The notes under the pieces are model-generated. The model did no database searches and was not told where the DNA came from. It saw nothing but the letters and a program-made list of their open reading frames with translations. Position numbers and translations under genes: made by a program. DNA of 64,000 bases, from positions 7,068,001-7,132,000 of the forward strand of contig OZ234494.1 in the NCBI GenBank assembly GCA_965153455.1, in the 5' to 3' direction. Positions 53,001 through 64,000 of this stretch are shown one piece after another; position 1 is the stretch's first letter, and each line of letters begins with the position of its first letter. This stretch comes from Sphagnum compactum (lineage: Eukaryota).

Positions 53001-54011
53001 TGTGAGATTTGGTGCTTTTGTGATCCTCTTCCTGGCCAGTGAAAATACGTCACTAGTGTAGACTGACATGTAGAGTAGCAATAGAAGATGCAAACAGATG
53101 GCTCTCCTAAGGTCATTCATGGCTAGAACCAGCAGACCAAAATTTCAGGAAAGAGCACTCTTCAAACAAATCCAGAATGTCACAAGATGATTTCCTGATC
53201 GAATTCCACACGAATGCCCTCAAAAGTTCAATGTCCTGCTGAAATTCCAAAGTGCCTAGGGTCGGAGAGCTAACTGCTAGAAGCAGCACAAAACAACCGT
53301 AAAATCCTCTAAATCCGTAAAATTCTGCAAACCCTAGGCTCTGAACAGCTAAGTTCTAGCCATAAACACTCTGACTGTAGGCAAACCTAACCGTAAACCC
53401 TCCGTTCCTTCTGGGCTGCAGAGCTGTTCAGAGATGAGAACAGCTCTGCAGCCCAGCAGAGGTAAAAAAAGACCCTCCATTTTCTCTGGAGCTACCATGA
53501 GAGGCCTTGCTGCTCCTATAATTGTGTTCCCAGACGTTGTCTTGTAGCACAAAGTCTTCAACTTTCAAAAGCTACATCTATGAAGAATGCGAGGGAAGCT
53601 TGTCCACAAACTTCAAGGAAGCAAATTACCTACTGTTTACGTTTGGAAAACACGGGCTAATCACAATGCTCTTCAAAGTATGAACAAAAACCAATTGAAC
53701 ATCTATTACTTAAACTGGCTGATTCCCCCCAAAGGAAGGGGTGCTTGTCTTACTGGTTATTACTCAGCTCGAGAGTACAACGTTTCATTAGAATTTCTTG
53801 TCCCAATTCTTCCTGTTCTCCTTCTTAAAGAATGCAGGACTAAAATAAAAACAGCACTGTCAACTTACTTCTCCATAGGCCGCCCCTCACAGATGTCCTT
53901 ACAGCAGGTGTAGGCCGCTTTGTGCAGCCAAGAATAAGTATCGAGGGCCGCCCGTTTCACGGCGTGGTCAAGGATGTGACCAGGCAGCTGGCAGGAGCCC
54001 TTGGATCCCAT
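50100..54011 (-). pseudogene. EXO1: Exonuclease 1 (XPG/RAD2 family) unprocessed pseudogene
   Basis: Exon remnants: 54011-53869 (MG.QGLLP frameshifted; ALDTYSWLHKAAYTCCKDICEG), 52944-52822 (YIGYCLHRINLL..GV), ~52590-52467 (AYECY*KGVDITP, TGA 52512-52514), 52271-~52165 (PY.A(D)A.. frameshifted; IITEDSDL..GCP), ~52005-51843 (VIKHLKFS..Q*EEAFERAILTFQHQ*VYDP; stops 51929-31 and 51884-86), ~50700-50580 (SHMGHYASLAQKSMDCF). The H3TH exon appears to be missing; the 3' boundary is approximate. Confidence 0.88.
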
Positions 54012-54307
54012 TACTGATGCCATTTATTACACACCATTTGATGAGAAGACAGGATACAGGACTCCCCCCTCCTCTACACCAGCTCAAACTTTATCTCCAC
54101 TACATTGCGAGCACCTCACAAGTGCACAGAACGCAGCGGCAGCATTTCTTGCGACACAACTACAGGAGCTGACGAACGAAAGAGCAGGAGCGCCAAACCC
54201 TAGAAAATAAGCAAAGGGAAACGAGGGGGTACGTTAGATCGCGAGTTCGAACTCGAGCAACTTTAAGTCCGTTAAAGAGTGTCAGTGGTGTGGTTATATT
54301 TTAACTC

Positions 54308-54328
54308 GCGGGAAAGGAAGGCGGGAAA
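54308..54328 (-). promoter_or_regulatory. Two E2F-binding sites (TTTCCCGC) in the EXO1 promoter
   Basis: gcgggaaa at 54308-54315 and 54321-54328, just upstream of the putative non-coding first exon (splice donor ~54232). Confidence 0.65.
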
Positions 54329-55394
54329 ATTCAAATGCCAGCATCAAACTATTATGTTGATTTTTTAATTTTGGGTTTTTTTTTCCTCAACGAACTAACC
54401 TGATTTTCATCCAAATGACTTCTTTGTGTGTCATGTTTGGAAGTTGAATTCTTTTTTTCTGGAGAATTTTCGCCAAATTTCGACCTGAAAAAAAAATGAT
54501 TTCGACCTATACAACAAAGGATTTTTCATGAGATTCGCCAGATTTCGAATTAAAAAAAATTCCAAATCGCCAGAGTCTTATGATAACTTCAAGAAGGTAG
54601 CCAAGAACATAACAGGATTCTATTTTTTTCTACCTTCATATCTATTACGTAGCCAAATTCGGCTAAATGTTTTTCTGGATGATCGCCACTTTGTCAACAT
54701 CACAAAATCCTTAAAAGAAACCCTGCTTCAAACTCATGTGACAAAGGCAAACCTTGGGTTTTACACCAGGACCCAGCACCGGCTCGACTCAACACTAGGA
54801 CTCAAGAAAGCGTTGCTATTGGCTGAAAACCACAACTCAAAATTGAGGCCATTGGTTCAAGACTAGAGCATGAGCCCAAAGAGCCCCAAAAATTATGTGG
54901 CCAGTGTAGTGATATTTTCTTGGTTGGATTCTTGGGTTGGTTTTGAAAAGAAACCTTCCGAAATCGAAAGCCCAATTCTTTGGGTTGACCCAAGAGTTAT
55001 GTGAGTGTTATTTTAACTATGTGTTTATATCTTAATTATCCTAGGTAAACTAGAGTAAATTATTTGAAGTCAATTTCAATATGAATATAGTTTTAAATAT
55101 TTCATGTTTGGGATATAATCGAAATTTTGTGATCTCAAATCATCAAAAGAGATTCCATATATATTATTCTTGTTTTTTTAGAGATTTTTTTTTTTGCTTT
55201 AATTGTTGGATGGAACCAATTCAAAATCTAAAAATGAAAGAAAGATGGAAGAATTGGAAGTGCACTTCATTTTTCCCTCTCATTTTGTGCTTTCCAAAGC
55301 TCATTTTTATTATTTTTTAAAAAGAATTTGATTTCTTTCATTATTATGGTTATTAATAGCTTTTGATGTTAATCATGGTAATCCCAATTGGAAT

Positions 55395-58040
55395 GAACAT
55401 TGTTTGATATATGTTTTGATACATGAACATTTACTGTTTATTGTTTACAATTTTACGTTCGTTTGGGACCAGAGAGTCCATTCGACGAAAGGTAGATCAT
55501 GGAGGACACATTGTCCTCTGGTACTGGCAGCGTGCCACAAACTTGGCCAGGGCGACCGTGTTCGTAGTCTGCATGAGCTTAGCAAGAGTGCTAGTGTGGG
55601 TGAAGGGCAGGGTCGAACAAAAGCGTTCCCTAATTTTCTGTGTATTTGGACAAATAAGAAGCAAGTGCTTTTCATCCTCAACCTTCCCCAGATCGCAACC
55701 TCGACAAAGCCTCTCTGCATATGGCACGCCCTTCCACGCACCTAGCACTACCTCAAGCTGCGTGTTACCACATCAAAACCGGGCCAAAACTTTCCGTAGC
55801 TGAACGTAGCTGATGTCACACAAGTAGCTTTCACTCTCGTACAACATACCCTTGAAGCGCAAGTATCTTGTCTGCACATTGGTCTCGATCTCGCGGTTGG
55901 TAAAAAGATTTTCAATGTAAGCCAGTCGCATATTATCCTTCACCCTTTTTACACTCAATATTGTGTGGGGAAAACCTGGAGGGGGTGGGGGCCCAGCCTC
56001 CTGGTTGATCGAGCCTCCTGTCGTAGATCTAGCACCAACCGGTTGCACTAGTTGTAGCGCGGCCAGCTGAGCCATCTGAACTCCCACCCATATGTTGTGC
56101 GCATTGCACCAAAGTACTTGGCTCTTCGCCCAGCCTCTCACCCATGCTAGATGAACCGGGTGTATGTGCGTTCTCGCAGGAGCCGTTCCTAACGGCGGTT
56201 GAGCAATCCTCGCCTGGGGCACATGGGTCGTTACAGGCTTAGGCGTCGTTTCCAACGACGGTTGAACCGAAGGCAAAAAACTTGCCACCTCCTGGGGCTA
56301 ATTCTTGAGTAACCATTTTTTCACGGATCTAGCCCAACAGTTCTTTCCCGCAGCAAGCATAGCGAGTTGGGCTTCCCATGCTTTGCCCAAGATGCGGTCT
56401 TTAATGACCGTGCTCACATGGTTATAGTACAACAGCGCTTGTCCCCATGCAAAGTGTTCAAAGGGGAATTTGCCAAATTCTGCCAGCACGATGGACGTGC
56501 TAGTTGTTTTTCGCACCTCGAGCAAGGACTTGAGGAACCCTCGGTACACTACTTCAATAGCCTCCATTTTCTTGGAGTCCACCCAAACCTCACAGGCATA
56601 ACTTGCTGTGGAACGCACCAACGTGTTGAAGAGGTCACAGCGTAACTGGACGTCCATAATACATAGCTCTGCACAACGGCAGTTCAATGCGAATAGCGAG
56701 CGCCTACTGGCAGCTGCTAGATGTTCCACTGCACTGTCCAGGTTCGGGGTGGTCTCGAGCAAGATCCCCAGGTATTTGAAGGTCTGCACACACTCAATAG
56801 CGTCACCTTCAAACACAAACTCTTGGCATGGGTCAACAGAGTTGAACACCATGACTTTTGTTTTTTTCACGTTCACTGTAAGTCCACGTTCAGCACAGAA
56901 TTGCTGGAGCGCATCTAACTGGTGCTACAGTCCCACCTCTGACTCCGACGTCAGAGCAAGGTCATTTGCAAAAAGCAACAACCATATGTGCATGTTTGCT
57001 AGGGTCGGTGCATCGCATTCTCTGTCGTCGAAGCGCCTTTCTAAGGCATCCAAATATAGCCCAAACAGTAGGGGGTTGATAGGGCAACCTTGCTTCACAC
57101 CTTGTTGGCACCTGAAGTTGGAGGTGACACCTTCACTTGGGTGGTTGATGCATACGGTATCCTTGGTATACATCGCCTGTAGGCATCGCAAGAAGCGTCC
57201 CTCCACCCCGAGGCTAGCCAACACCTCCCATAGCATTTCACGCGGCACAATATTAAACGCCTTTTTGAAGTCCACAAAGCAACAATAGAGTGGCTTCTTT
57301 TATGCCTTGCTCTGTTCTATCAGAGTTCGCAGTATGAAGAGTTGTTCAGTAGTGCGGTAATCTTTGCAAAACCCAGCTTGACCCTTGGCACGCAGCCCAT
57401 GTTGTTTAGCCCATTCGCTCAGCCTTTTGTCAAGGATCATAGCGAACATCTTTGCTAGGATAGGCCCAACAGTTATCCCCCTGTAGTTGTCAAATTCGGA
57501 GGCATTGCCCCCTTTAAAGAGCGGTGGACCACCCCAGTGGAAAGGGCTTTTGGAAAGCCTTCCGCCAGAAAGCAATTGAACACTGTCAATAGTGGCATGT
57601 GTAGCAGCTCTCCCGCATCCAAAATGAACTCAGCTTTCATACCATCCAAACCACCAGCCTTATTCCTTTATAGCTTCTTCAGCGCCTGAAGTAGCTCAGC
57701 AAGTGTGATATCTGTGTTTAGGGTGTGGCTAGGTGGAGGTTTCGTCACCTGGGCCGGGTGATCAATTCGCAGCCGTATGGGTGGTGGAGACTGACCAACT
57801 AGCCCGCGGAAGCCTTCCAAAAGCGTAGTTACACTGATTTTGTCCACAACGGGTGCCCTTGGCCGGTACTTTTTCTAGAATGAGAATGCATCCACCTTGG
57901 CAAGCGTACACATATTTTGAGCTCTTACAGTTTCCTAGAAAATTCTTTTCTTTTTTAATAATTTTTTGAGTTTACTTGCTTGATGTTTAAGGACGTGCGA
58001 ATTGGGGTTGGCTTTCAGCCAGAGCCTCAGCTCCCGCTCT
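55395..58040 (-). mobile_element. 5'-truncated LINE (RTE-like) with reverse transcriptase and C-terminal CCHC finger
   Basis: DNYRGITV, QAGF..D.RTTEQLFIL, VDFKKAF, GVKQGCPINPLLF, LLFANDL, FKYLG and ERLCRGCDLGKVEDEKHLLLIC motifs. Only a few stops and frameshifts (56298, 56925, 57300); GC-rich relative to the flanks. Confidence 0.92.
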
Positions 58041-58569
58041 TAATCTTTTTAATTTAGTAATCAATTTTGTATGAAGAAATGGTGGTTTTGAATTAATACA
58101 TTTTACACTTCAACTTTGTTGCAAAATTGGTATTTGTAAACATACTAATGCTGCTTTTGCATGTGATATAGGTTTAGATATAATTAAATTAGAAATTAAT
58201 TGTAATTGTACTATGCATATGCACTATGCATTTAAAAAACTTAATTGTTTTGCATTTTTTGTATTTAAATTCAATGTCCCATGTGGTTCACATTTCATAC
58301 CATATTTTAAAAGGTAAAATGACCAATAAGAAGTTGTAATAATATGTTCAAGTGTGCTCCTCAAAGCAGTAACAGCGTGGGATGATATGGTACAATATTT
58401 CAATCTTCATAATGTGGTTTATCATATTCCCATTTGTTCAATTTTTGTTAAAAAAAAAACTAGGTTCAATATGTGTGGGATATGGGAACCCAAATTTACA
58501 AGTTTTATTTTCCCTCTCCGAATGCAACAATTTTCACATTGATGAAGTCCTTTACATAAAACTAATTTA

Positions 58570-59950
58570 AATAACTTGTTTTGTAAACTATCATTTGGTG
58601 GAATGAAGTTTTTAGTTGTTTCATCAAATGTAGCTAGAACAACAACTACTATTCATTTGTTATTTTTTGTAAATCATTTTCATCAACCCATAATATGATG
58701 TGCGCATGAACAAATCCACGATCTTGTCATTCATAATGTATAACATAATCTATTAGTTTACCTAATATATATTGATGCATAAATGTATCAACATGAGAAT
58801 GAAATAATGTAGTACATTTTATAGGACAATATTTCCATGACATATTATGATATATTTGTTTAACAATGTGTTCCATATCATTAACTTTATTCCATCTTGA
58901 TGATGTTATTTCATCTATAATTAAAGTTATGAAAAAATGGGGCGTACCCAATTCATTTACCATAATTAATAGATCTTATAATTGTGATGTATGCCATGTT
59001 GGAGAATCTTGAATTGAAGATGAGAGTTTGTATTTTATTATATGTTGCAAAATTTGATTATCAGTCATTTCTTGGTTTTTTTCTTCAAGAGATTGAATAT
59101 TTGTTTCTAAACAACTATTAGTAGTATGTTTATTTAATTGAATGGATTGTTGAATTTCATACACGATTAAAAGATATGGTTTATATAACATAAATGGTGA
59201 AAATAATGTACTCTTTCAAAATTTTAAATATTCATGTATTGACGTTTTACCATCATATGCACTATTTCCATGTGGAAACAAACATGGAAATAAACTTAAT
59301 TTTGAAGTTATATTTTTCACATCATCTTGTAACCCATTTAATCTAATTATAAGTTTTTCATGAGATACTTTGCTATCAAATTATCTTTTAGTTATATTTC
59401 CCATGAGAAAAAAAATTATTTGTGGGACGTTGTGAATTAAAACATAAATCAAACAAAAGTGATAAATTTTGTATTTCATTACAAACATGCACACTTTCAA
59501 ATCCATTGTTAGAATTATTCTAATTCTTTATATAATGTTATCAACAACATCTGAAAACAAAACACACATACTATTTATTTCATTTGATTGTTCAAAAATA
59601 GTGATATATTGTGCATACCATGGATTAGTTTTCATATTTTGAGAAAAATGGGAGAAATAATATTTAGTAAAAAATTTCTAGATATTTTAAAAATCTAAAA
59701 TATTATCCCAACTTAATAGAAGGCTATTTTAATAAGCTAAAATCAATGATGTCACCGGTGCTAAAACCCCAATTTTTTATTTTGTATATGTAGTTCAATA
59801 ATTCTTTTTAAAAATTGTACATAAAATGGATGTTTTGGCAACAATGTTTTCATATATTGACTTGGTGATTGAAAAACAACATATTTTGCAAAAGTTGACA
59901 TTCTCATTCAACATAACATTTCAAGCACAAATACATTTCTTTTCCATTTG
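58570..59950 (-). mobile_element. Helitron Rep-domain remnant
   Basis: SLFPCLFPHG (~59270-59300), DSPTWHTSQL, MVNELGTPHFFITL and YE*QDRGFVHAHII (HUH motif ~58700). Confidence 0.75.
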
Positions 59951-61031
59951 ATGTCATCATATAATTAGATAATAGGCAATTAGCAATATTATAAGGTGTA
60001 CACCATAACTCACTAAGTGTTTAATTTATTGTACATACTATTCAGATTTTTGAAATGTTTATGTTGATGATCAAGTTTTGTTAATCCACATATTGCACAA
60101 CATTTCATATTTTAAAACACATTTGTGAAAATATTCAATCCATTTTTCATATAATTTATTTCGAGCCATTCCAATTATCATCATAAGGTTGATAATGTTT
60201 TATACATTGTAATCAAACTCAATCATAAACCTCCTTCTCAAATCTCATTTTTCATAAATATGAAAAATGAAATGTATTTTTAAATGTATAATATCCCTAC
60301 AAAAAACAATTACCAAAAACCACATCATTACAATTAAATTCATTTAAAATTGGATCAAACTACAAGACAAGGACTTTTTTATCCAAAAATTCAAAAATAA
60401 CTCAAAATCTTAAATATTCATTTAACTAATTTTCAGTCATTAGTCACACCTAATCACTTTGATTACAATAGTTTAAAAAATAATATTCCAAATTATTATT
60501 TTGTCATGTGTTCCAAATCTTTCTTCAACCATTATAACCTGCCCGAATTTTTCGGGCAGAATAAAATTCCCGAAATGCCCAAACTTTTCCAGCATCCAGG
60601 ATTTTTCCAGAGTTCTCAAAACTTTTTTGGGCAGAAACGAAATTTCTTCAACCATTATAATAATATTATCGGGCAGTGTATAAATTCCAAGAACTGCCCG
60701 AAAGTGTTAGAACATCCTGGAAAAAAATTCTCACGAATCTTTTTGGAGCATCAAGATTTTTTTGAGAAGAAATGAAATTTTTCCAGGCATAAAAAAATTC
60801 CCAACTGTCGGAATTTTTTCGAGCAAGCTGGAAAATTATTTCTCAGGAATTATTTCTCCAGGGTGCCCAAGATTTTGGGCAGCATGGAAATTATTTTTGT
60901 CAAGACTGGTGGTGATCGAGAGCTTTCCGATCGCAGCAGTTGTGGGCGCTGTGTAGTTCTGGAGTTTGAGAACTTACAGTTGTGAAGGGCAAGCGAGATG
61001 ACGCTCCACGGCACATGCCCCTCGCGCATTC

Positions 61032-61043
61032 CATGCACATGCA
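61032..61043 (+). promoter_or_regulatory. Tandem RY motifs (CATGCA x2) upstream of the hemerythrin gene
   Basis: ccatgcacatgcac, with further catg cores at ~61013 and ~61085. Confidence 0.4.
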
Positions 61044-61539
61044 CTCCTGCCAGAAGCGTCTACAGCTAAGTCGTGCGGCACGCGCATGAACTATCTCACT
61101 GGGCCATTTGGAAAGCATCCAAAATTCACTTGTCGCAGTCGATTCTAGCACCGGTGGTATTTTATTTTCTTTTCTTTTAGGAATTTTTGTTTGTAGCCAA
61201 AGCTCGCAATCATCCATATGTATGTTCGGAATTCCCTAAAGCAGTCGCTAATTGCTTGTGCATTATTGTGGAGTGCTGTCCGGAGCTATTCTGGCAGACC
61301 CTTCTTCGACATCAGTGGAGTCTACATTGTAAGCAACCGTTTAAGGTTCTCTCCTTGAAGAATCACTGTTCTAGCTTGACGTCGACGTTGTTCCTGATCA
61401 TGTGTTGTTGTATTTTTCATTTTTATTCCAACTTCGTGGGGAGCTTCATACGATATATTGTTTGCTGCATGCTAATTTGTACCTTCGATCCTTTTATGTG
61501 CAGGAGAAAATAAGGGAGAGAGCAGCGACGTCTCGCAGC

Positions 61540-62175
61540 ATGTCTAGCCACGAAACAACAACCCACCACGTCCCCGGCGATCTCATTGATGAGATCAAAC
61601 ACGACCACAGAGAATTCGAGGAATTCTACACAAACTACAAGAGAGCACATGCAGCTGGAGATGAGAAGGAAGCCGAGAAATGGTTCAATCAGTTTGTGTG
61701 GGAGCTTTCTCGACACACGGTGGGCGAGGAGCTCGTCGTATACCCGTTGCTGGATGCAATAGGTCCCAAAGGCAAGGAGATGGCAGACAAGGATCGCGCC
61801 GATCACCAAAAGGTGAAGAAGGAATTGGAAGAGATTCACCGGTTGAGCGATCCCGATCTTTTTGAGGCCGCGCTTGATCGCATGATGCAGGATTTGAGAC
61901 AACACATAAATAAGGAAGAGACCCAAGATCTGGAGTACTTGAAACAGCATGCTGACAAGAAAAGTTTGGAGAATGCAGCCAAGGCTTTCATGTATGGGAA
62001 GAAAGTGGCACCCACTCGACCACACCCAGGTATACCCAATAGGTCAGCTGCACTGGAGGCGGCTTTAGCCTTGTTTGTGACTCCGTTGGACAAGCTTCGT
62101 GATATGTTCACTCCATTCCCAAAGGAAGAGCATGTTCCATACCAACCAAAGCAAGAAGAACACGCAAAAAAGTGA
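61540..62175 (+). CDS. Hemerythrin/HHE cation-binding domain protein (fungal/actinobacterial type), 211 aa
   Basis: MSSHETT...IKHDHRE...FVWELSRHTVGEELVVYP...DRADHQKVK...LRQHINKEE...APTRPHP...PLDKLRD. Intronless CDS preceded by a 5'-UTR intron acceptor (tgtgcag, ends 61503). Confidence 0.9.
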   Translation: MSSHETTTHHVPGDLIDEIKHDHREFEEFYTNYKRAHAAGDEKEAEKWFNQFVWELSRHTVGEELVVYPLLDAIGPKGKEMADKDRADHQKVKKELEEIHRLSDPDLFEAALDRMMQDLRQHINKEETQDLEYLKQHADKKSLENAAKAFMYGKKVAPTRPHPGIPNRSAALEAALALFVTPLDKLRDMFTPFPKEEHVPYQPKQEEHAKK

Positions 62176-64000
62176 TGATCAGAGCTTGTAATTCGGATCT
62201 CGGATTCTTCAGGCCCCGGGGAGCTTTCTTTTGTGCTGTAGAGTTGAAGAATTCTAGATTATCCGTGTACAAAAAACTAGAGATCTATCATCAGAATAGT
62301 TTTTTGTTCCCATTTCCATATCTCCATGTCTAGGACTCATCTGACATTGCATGTCTGTCTGTTTTCAAGAGCTGTGCAAAACCCTAAACCTTAGGATCAT
62401 CCATGCAGCTATAAGCAGTTTACCCTTTTTGCTTCTTGTCCATCACTGGAATGGCATGTCAAGGTCTGAGATTCTGGAGTGAAGTTTTCCAATGAAAATG
62501 CGAGTTATGCACAGCAAACTCTTGTGTGTACAGCTGATCAGAATTTTACAACGAGAATTCTGCTTCCAGCCTCTTTTTTCCAAGCTATATATATTCCCGA
62601 AAAGCAAAATTAAAGGTGCTAAAATCTAGTGCTGTTCAAGATTTTCAATAGCAAGAATTTGAATGAAATTTAAGAAAACTTCCCAGATTTCTATACATGG
62701 TTCAAGTAGGGTAGCCAAAAATATAGAGGGATTTTTTAAAAATGTACTTTCATTTGGCTAAATCTTCCTATGGTTAATCACATCTTTGGCTACATCACAA
62801 AATTGATAAGGAAAAAAAAAACACACATTACTAATGTACAAAACTCTTTGAATCCTTACTTCCTAATGGGGATCAAGAAAACCAACACAAGGACAAGGCA
62901 GACACCCTGTGCTTGACTCATGGAAATCATTTGGCTTCAAACCCTAAACCATAAATCTTGCTCCTCCAATGTAGTATTACAAAATGGAAGAAACCACAAA
63001 TCATTTTATGGAAAAAGTCCAAGCGTTTGGGACAATTGGAAGTTGTACCTTTAAAGCTTTGAGACCATCAAAAGATAATTGGTCTTGGAACAACTCGATT
63101 TGTTCTGGTTGAAGTCCTCATGGGGCCAAACTAGGACTCAGTCTCGATAGCAAAGTATAAGGAGTTTAAGTAACGAGTTTGAATTCGTCCTGAGCGGTTG
63201 AGACTTTGAGATAACCAAATGTGCCATGGGGTGTGTGCAGGTAGCTAGGAGCTAAAAAGGTCGATGCGAGAGAAGCTTGACAAAACATATGAAACACAAA
63301 GCAACAAGCGAAAAAAAAGAGACGTGTCAACCGATCTACGCTTCGAACAAAGGCTCTTGGCTATGGCTAATTGGCTTGGCCTTGGTCTCATACAAGATGT
63401 GGGATACCATAGGGATTTTTTGTTTTTCCTCCTTGTTCCCAATGTGTTCCCAATGTGTTCCCAAAGTTTCCCCAAGAGTTCCCAATAGCACCTGGGGTTT
63501 TATCCCATATGGGTTGCCCAAAGTTCAACTCCATGTATATAAACTGAAAAGGACAAACTTAAAGGACATAAAGAGGTGCTTTTACTGGGGGCATGTCCAA
63601 TGTCCCAAAGACACTTACTAATTGGCCAATCAAAATTGCTCCAATAAATTATTTTTTAAAATTGTGATCGCACCCGTGATGTAATTAACTATGTACACTA
63701 TAAGCATACTTCAAATGCATTTTATGTTGTATTGTGGATCGTGGAAAATGCATTGCTCGTTACTCTAAGATATTTCAAATAGAAATACAAGAAACCCTTA
63801 TATTAATCACCTTTGGTGATTTTTGTGACACTAATGAATTGTGATTTAAACATGTATAGTCACATTCCATATAAACCCTTACAACATTGTAACCCCAGTC
63901 ATCATTTAATGTATTTAATATTAAATTATTCATCATAAGCATTTAAAACAAAACACACCTTACAAAAATTAATACCATGATTTTAAAAGTGAACCATCAT

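Noticed and set aside
56608-57288. 226-aa + strand ORF
   Set aside because: Antisense shadow of the LINE reverse transcriptase.
61402-61539. N-terminal extension of the hemerythrin ORF in the ORF track
   Set aside because: Starts at a non-ATG codon inside a T-rich intron ending at 61503; the first ATG after the acceptor is 61540.

Overview
Eukaryotic, AT-rich, intron-containing land-plant DNA. It is most likely a moss: I infer a Sphagnum-like genome from the gene set and repeat landscape, but cannot prove it. Intact genes: RPL17/uL22 (+, 7 exons), a CacyBP/SIP co-chaperone (-, 5 exons), a ~1050-aa DAZ1/ZAT-type C2H2-EAR zinc-finger factor (-, 2 exons) and a fungal-type hemerythrin/HHE protein (+, single coding exon). 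An EXO1 pseudogene (-) carries stops and frameshifts but keeps two E2F sites. Downstream of RPL17 lies a C/D-box snoRNA cluster invisible to the ORF track: a U34/snR62 homologue, a tandem pair with a 25S guide, and an orphan. The DAZ1-like gene has four back-to-back uORFs and an upstream tandem array rich in MSA/MYB-like motifs. Intergenic space holds a full-length decayed hAT element (TIRs plus 8-bp TSD) with a nested MITE, an RTE-like LINE, a CRE-like RLE retroelement, and Helitron, gypsy and MITE remnants. All homology calls are from recognition, not database searches.
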